This document shows, one piece after another, positions 63,001-64,000 of a DNA stretch of 64,000 nucleotides. Positions within the stretch are counted from its first letter, which is position 1. Every line of letters begins with the position of its first letter. The translations under genes were made by a program, and so were the position numbers. The DNA is from Geosiphon pyriformis uo1. Taxonomy: Eukaryota; Fungi; Glomeromycota. The notes beneath the pieces are model-generated. The model was not told the origin of the DNA. It worked only from the letters and a program-made list of their open reading frames with translations, and did no database searches. The DNA lies in assembly GCA_016748015.1 (NCBI GenBank), contig JAAOMT010000135.1, positions 802,018 to 866,017 on the forward strand, in the 5' to 3' direction.

Positions 63001-64000
63001 CTAACATGATGTTTTCACCATTGTCACTGTACCATTTTAACTCCTGTTCTTTGAAGAGATTTGGTAGGGCAATATATTGTTCGTAGTTAGGATCGGAGTT
63101 TGAATTGTTAATATTTTTGTTGCCACATTGCGCAGAGCTAGAACCAGTGTTTTCATTGTCATCATTGTCAGAGTTTGAATCGGGATTGTAAACTAATTCT
63201 GATTCCAATGCACAGCTGTTGATTGGTTTTTCTTCCTTAAGGATTGTGTAGATCATATGTAATAGTGGATTGTAGATGAGGTTACACTCATCACAATATT
63301 GGAAGTCACATGGAATTAAACAGTGGTCACATAATCTGGTGTTTATTTCTTCTAAGCATTGCGCCTGTTTCTCCCTTGTGGGTGCTAATTCCTGGTAATG
63401 TTCATGAAATTGCTCTGGATCTAGAAGATTTATGACTGGTTTTGGGTCCCAGTCAAGTTCTATGGGCTTTGGGGGATTGTTTTTGATTTTTCTGATTTCT
63501 TTAGGTGTTGCTTTTTTTATTTTGGTGATTGCCATTCTCCAAATTTTGTCATCATCATGTGGACAACTGTCCAGTCGCTGCACGGCTCTTTTCCAGGCTG
63601 TTTCTATTGGAGTTCCTTTCCTTATCCAGTTGCTTATTAGAATTGTGTATTGACATGACATGTCGTACATTCCTCCACATTTTGGGATGTCGTTCCACAT
63701 CCCTTCATCTAGCAGGATCTTCCTACAAGTGAGACAAGATGGTTATCCCATTTTCCTTGCCTTTTTGGTCATCCAAAGTGTTTGAGTAAGCATGGACAAC
63801 AGTAGAACTTTGTTGCAATGTGGTATTCTTTATCATCACCACAGCATGCATCTATTGACGACAGTTTCTTGCTGCAATTGACACATACCAGTCTTGGCTG
63901 TCAATAATTGGATTGTTGTGAAGTGTGGTGGGTGTAGAAATTATAAATGGTGGCGGTTGGTGGCATTCCTTCTTTTTTTTTTTTTTTTTTTTTTTTTTTT

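Larger units (their letters stand above)
56901..64000 (-). mobile_element. Ty3/Gypsy LTR retrotransposon, 3' portion (continues beyond the window)
   Basis: Order on the minus strand: Cys-rich region, dUTPase, RT (PWLSLVVLV.KKNG, FEVMPFGLTNAPATFQ, VYLDN), RNase H (TNASGQALGAVLSQ, VAYASR), integrase (HHCC, IDLVGP, SDQGTHF, WDGPF), extra ORF, PPT, LTR. Confidence 0.95.

Noticed and set aside
63974-64000. Poly-T run as a retroposon tail
   Set aside because: It lies within Gypsy coding sequence and is more simply an eroded purine-rich (Lys/Glu/Gly) tract; it is truncated by the window edge, so it cannot be resolved.

Overview
Fungal nuclear DNA, most likely Glomeromycotina; the repeat proteins resemble those I recall from Geosiphon pyriformis (inference). 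Bases 1-29.8 kb are gene-rich with short spliceosomal introns: RPC31 (-), a PD-(D/E)XK/REase-fold gene (+), FKS1, SIN1/AVO1, a SOSS-B/SSB1-like OB-fold gene, SGT2, EGT1 (-) and a small conserved fungal protein (-). From about 29.8 kb to the end is a nested graveyard of repeats decayed almost entirely by C>T/G>A transitions. It holds: (1) an inverted, one-sidedly hypermutated duplicate of host sequence 2173-10333 (RPC31 promoter, REase gene, 5' end of FKS1) with a nearly pristine 1.6-kb island; (2) a TIR/TA-flanked IS630-Tc1-mariner-type transposon that also carries an intron-containing Bromodomain+BAH (Rsc1/2/polybromo-like) gene, absent from the ORF track and the top candidate for a new system; (3) several APE-RT-RNase H LINE copies; (4) a pogo element; (5) solo LTRs; (6) a Ty3/Gypsy element with a Cys-rich region, a dUTPase and an extra ORF between integrase and the polypurine tract. 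All splice models, alignments and domain calls were made by eye.
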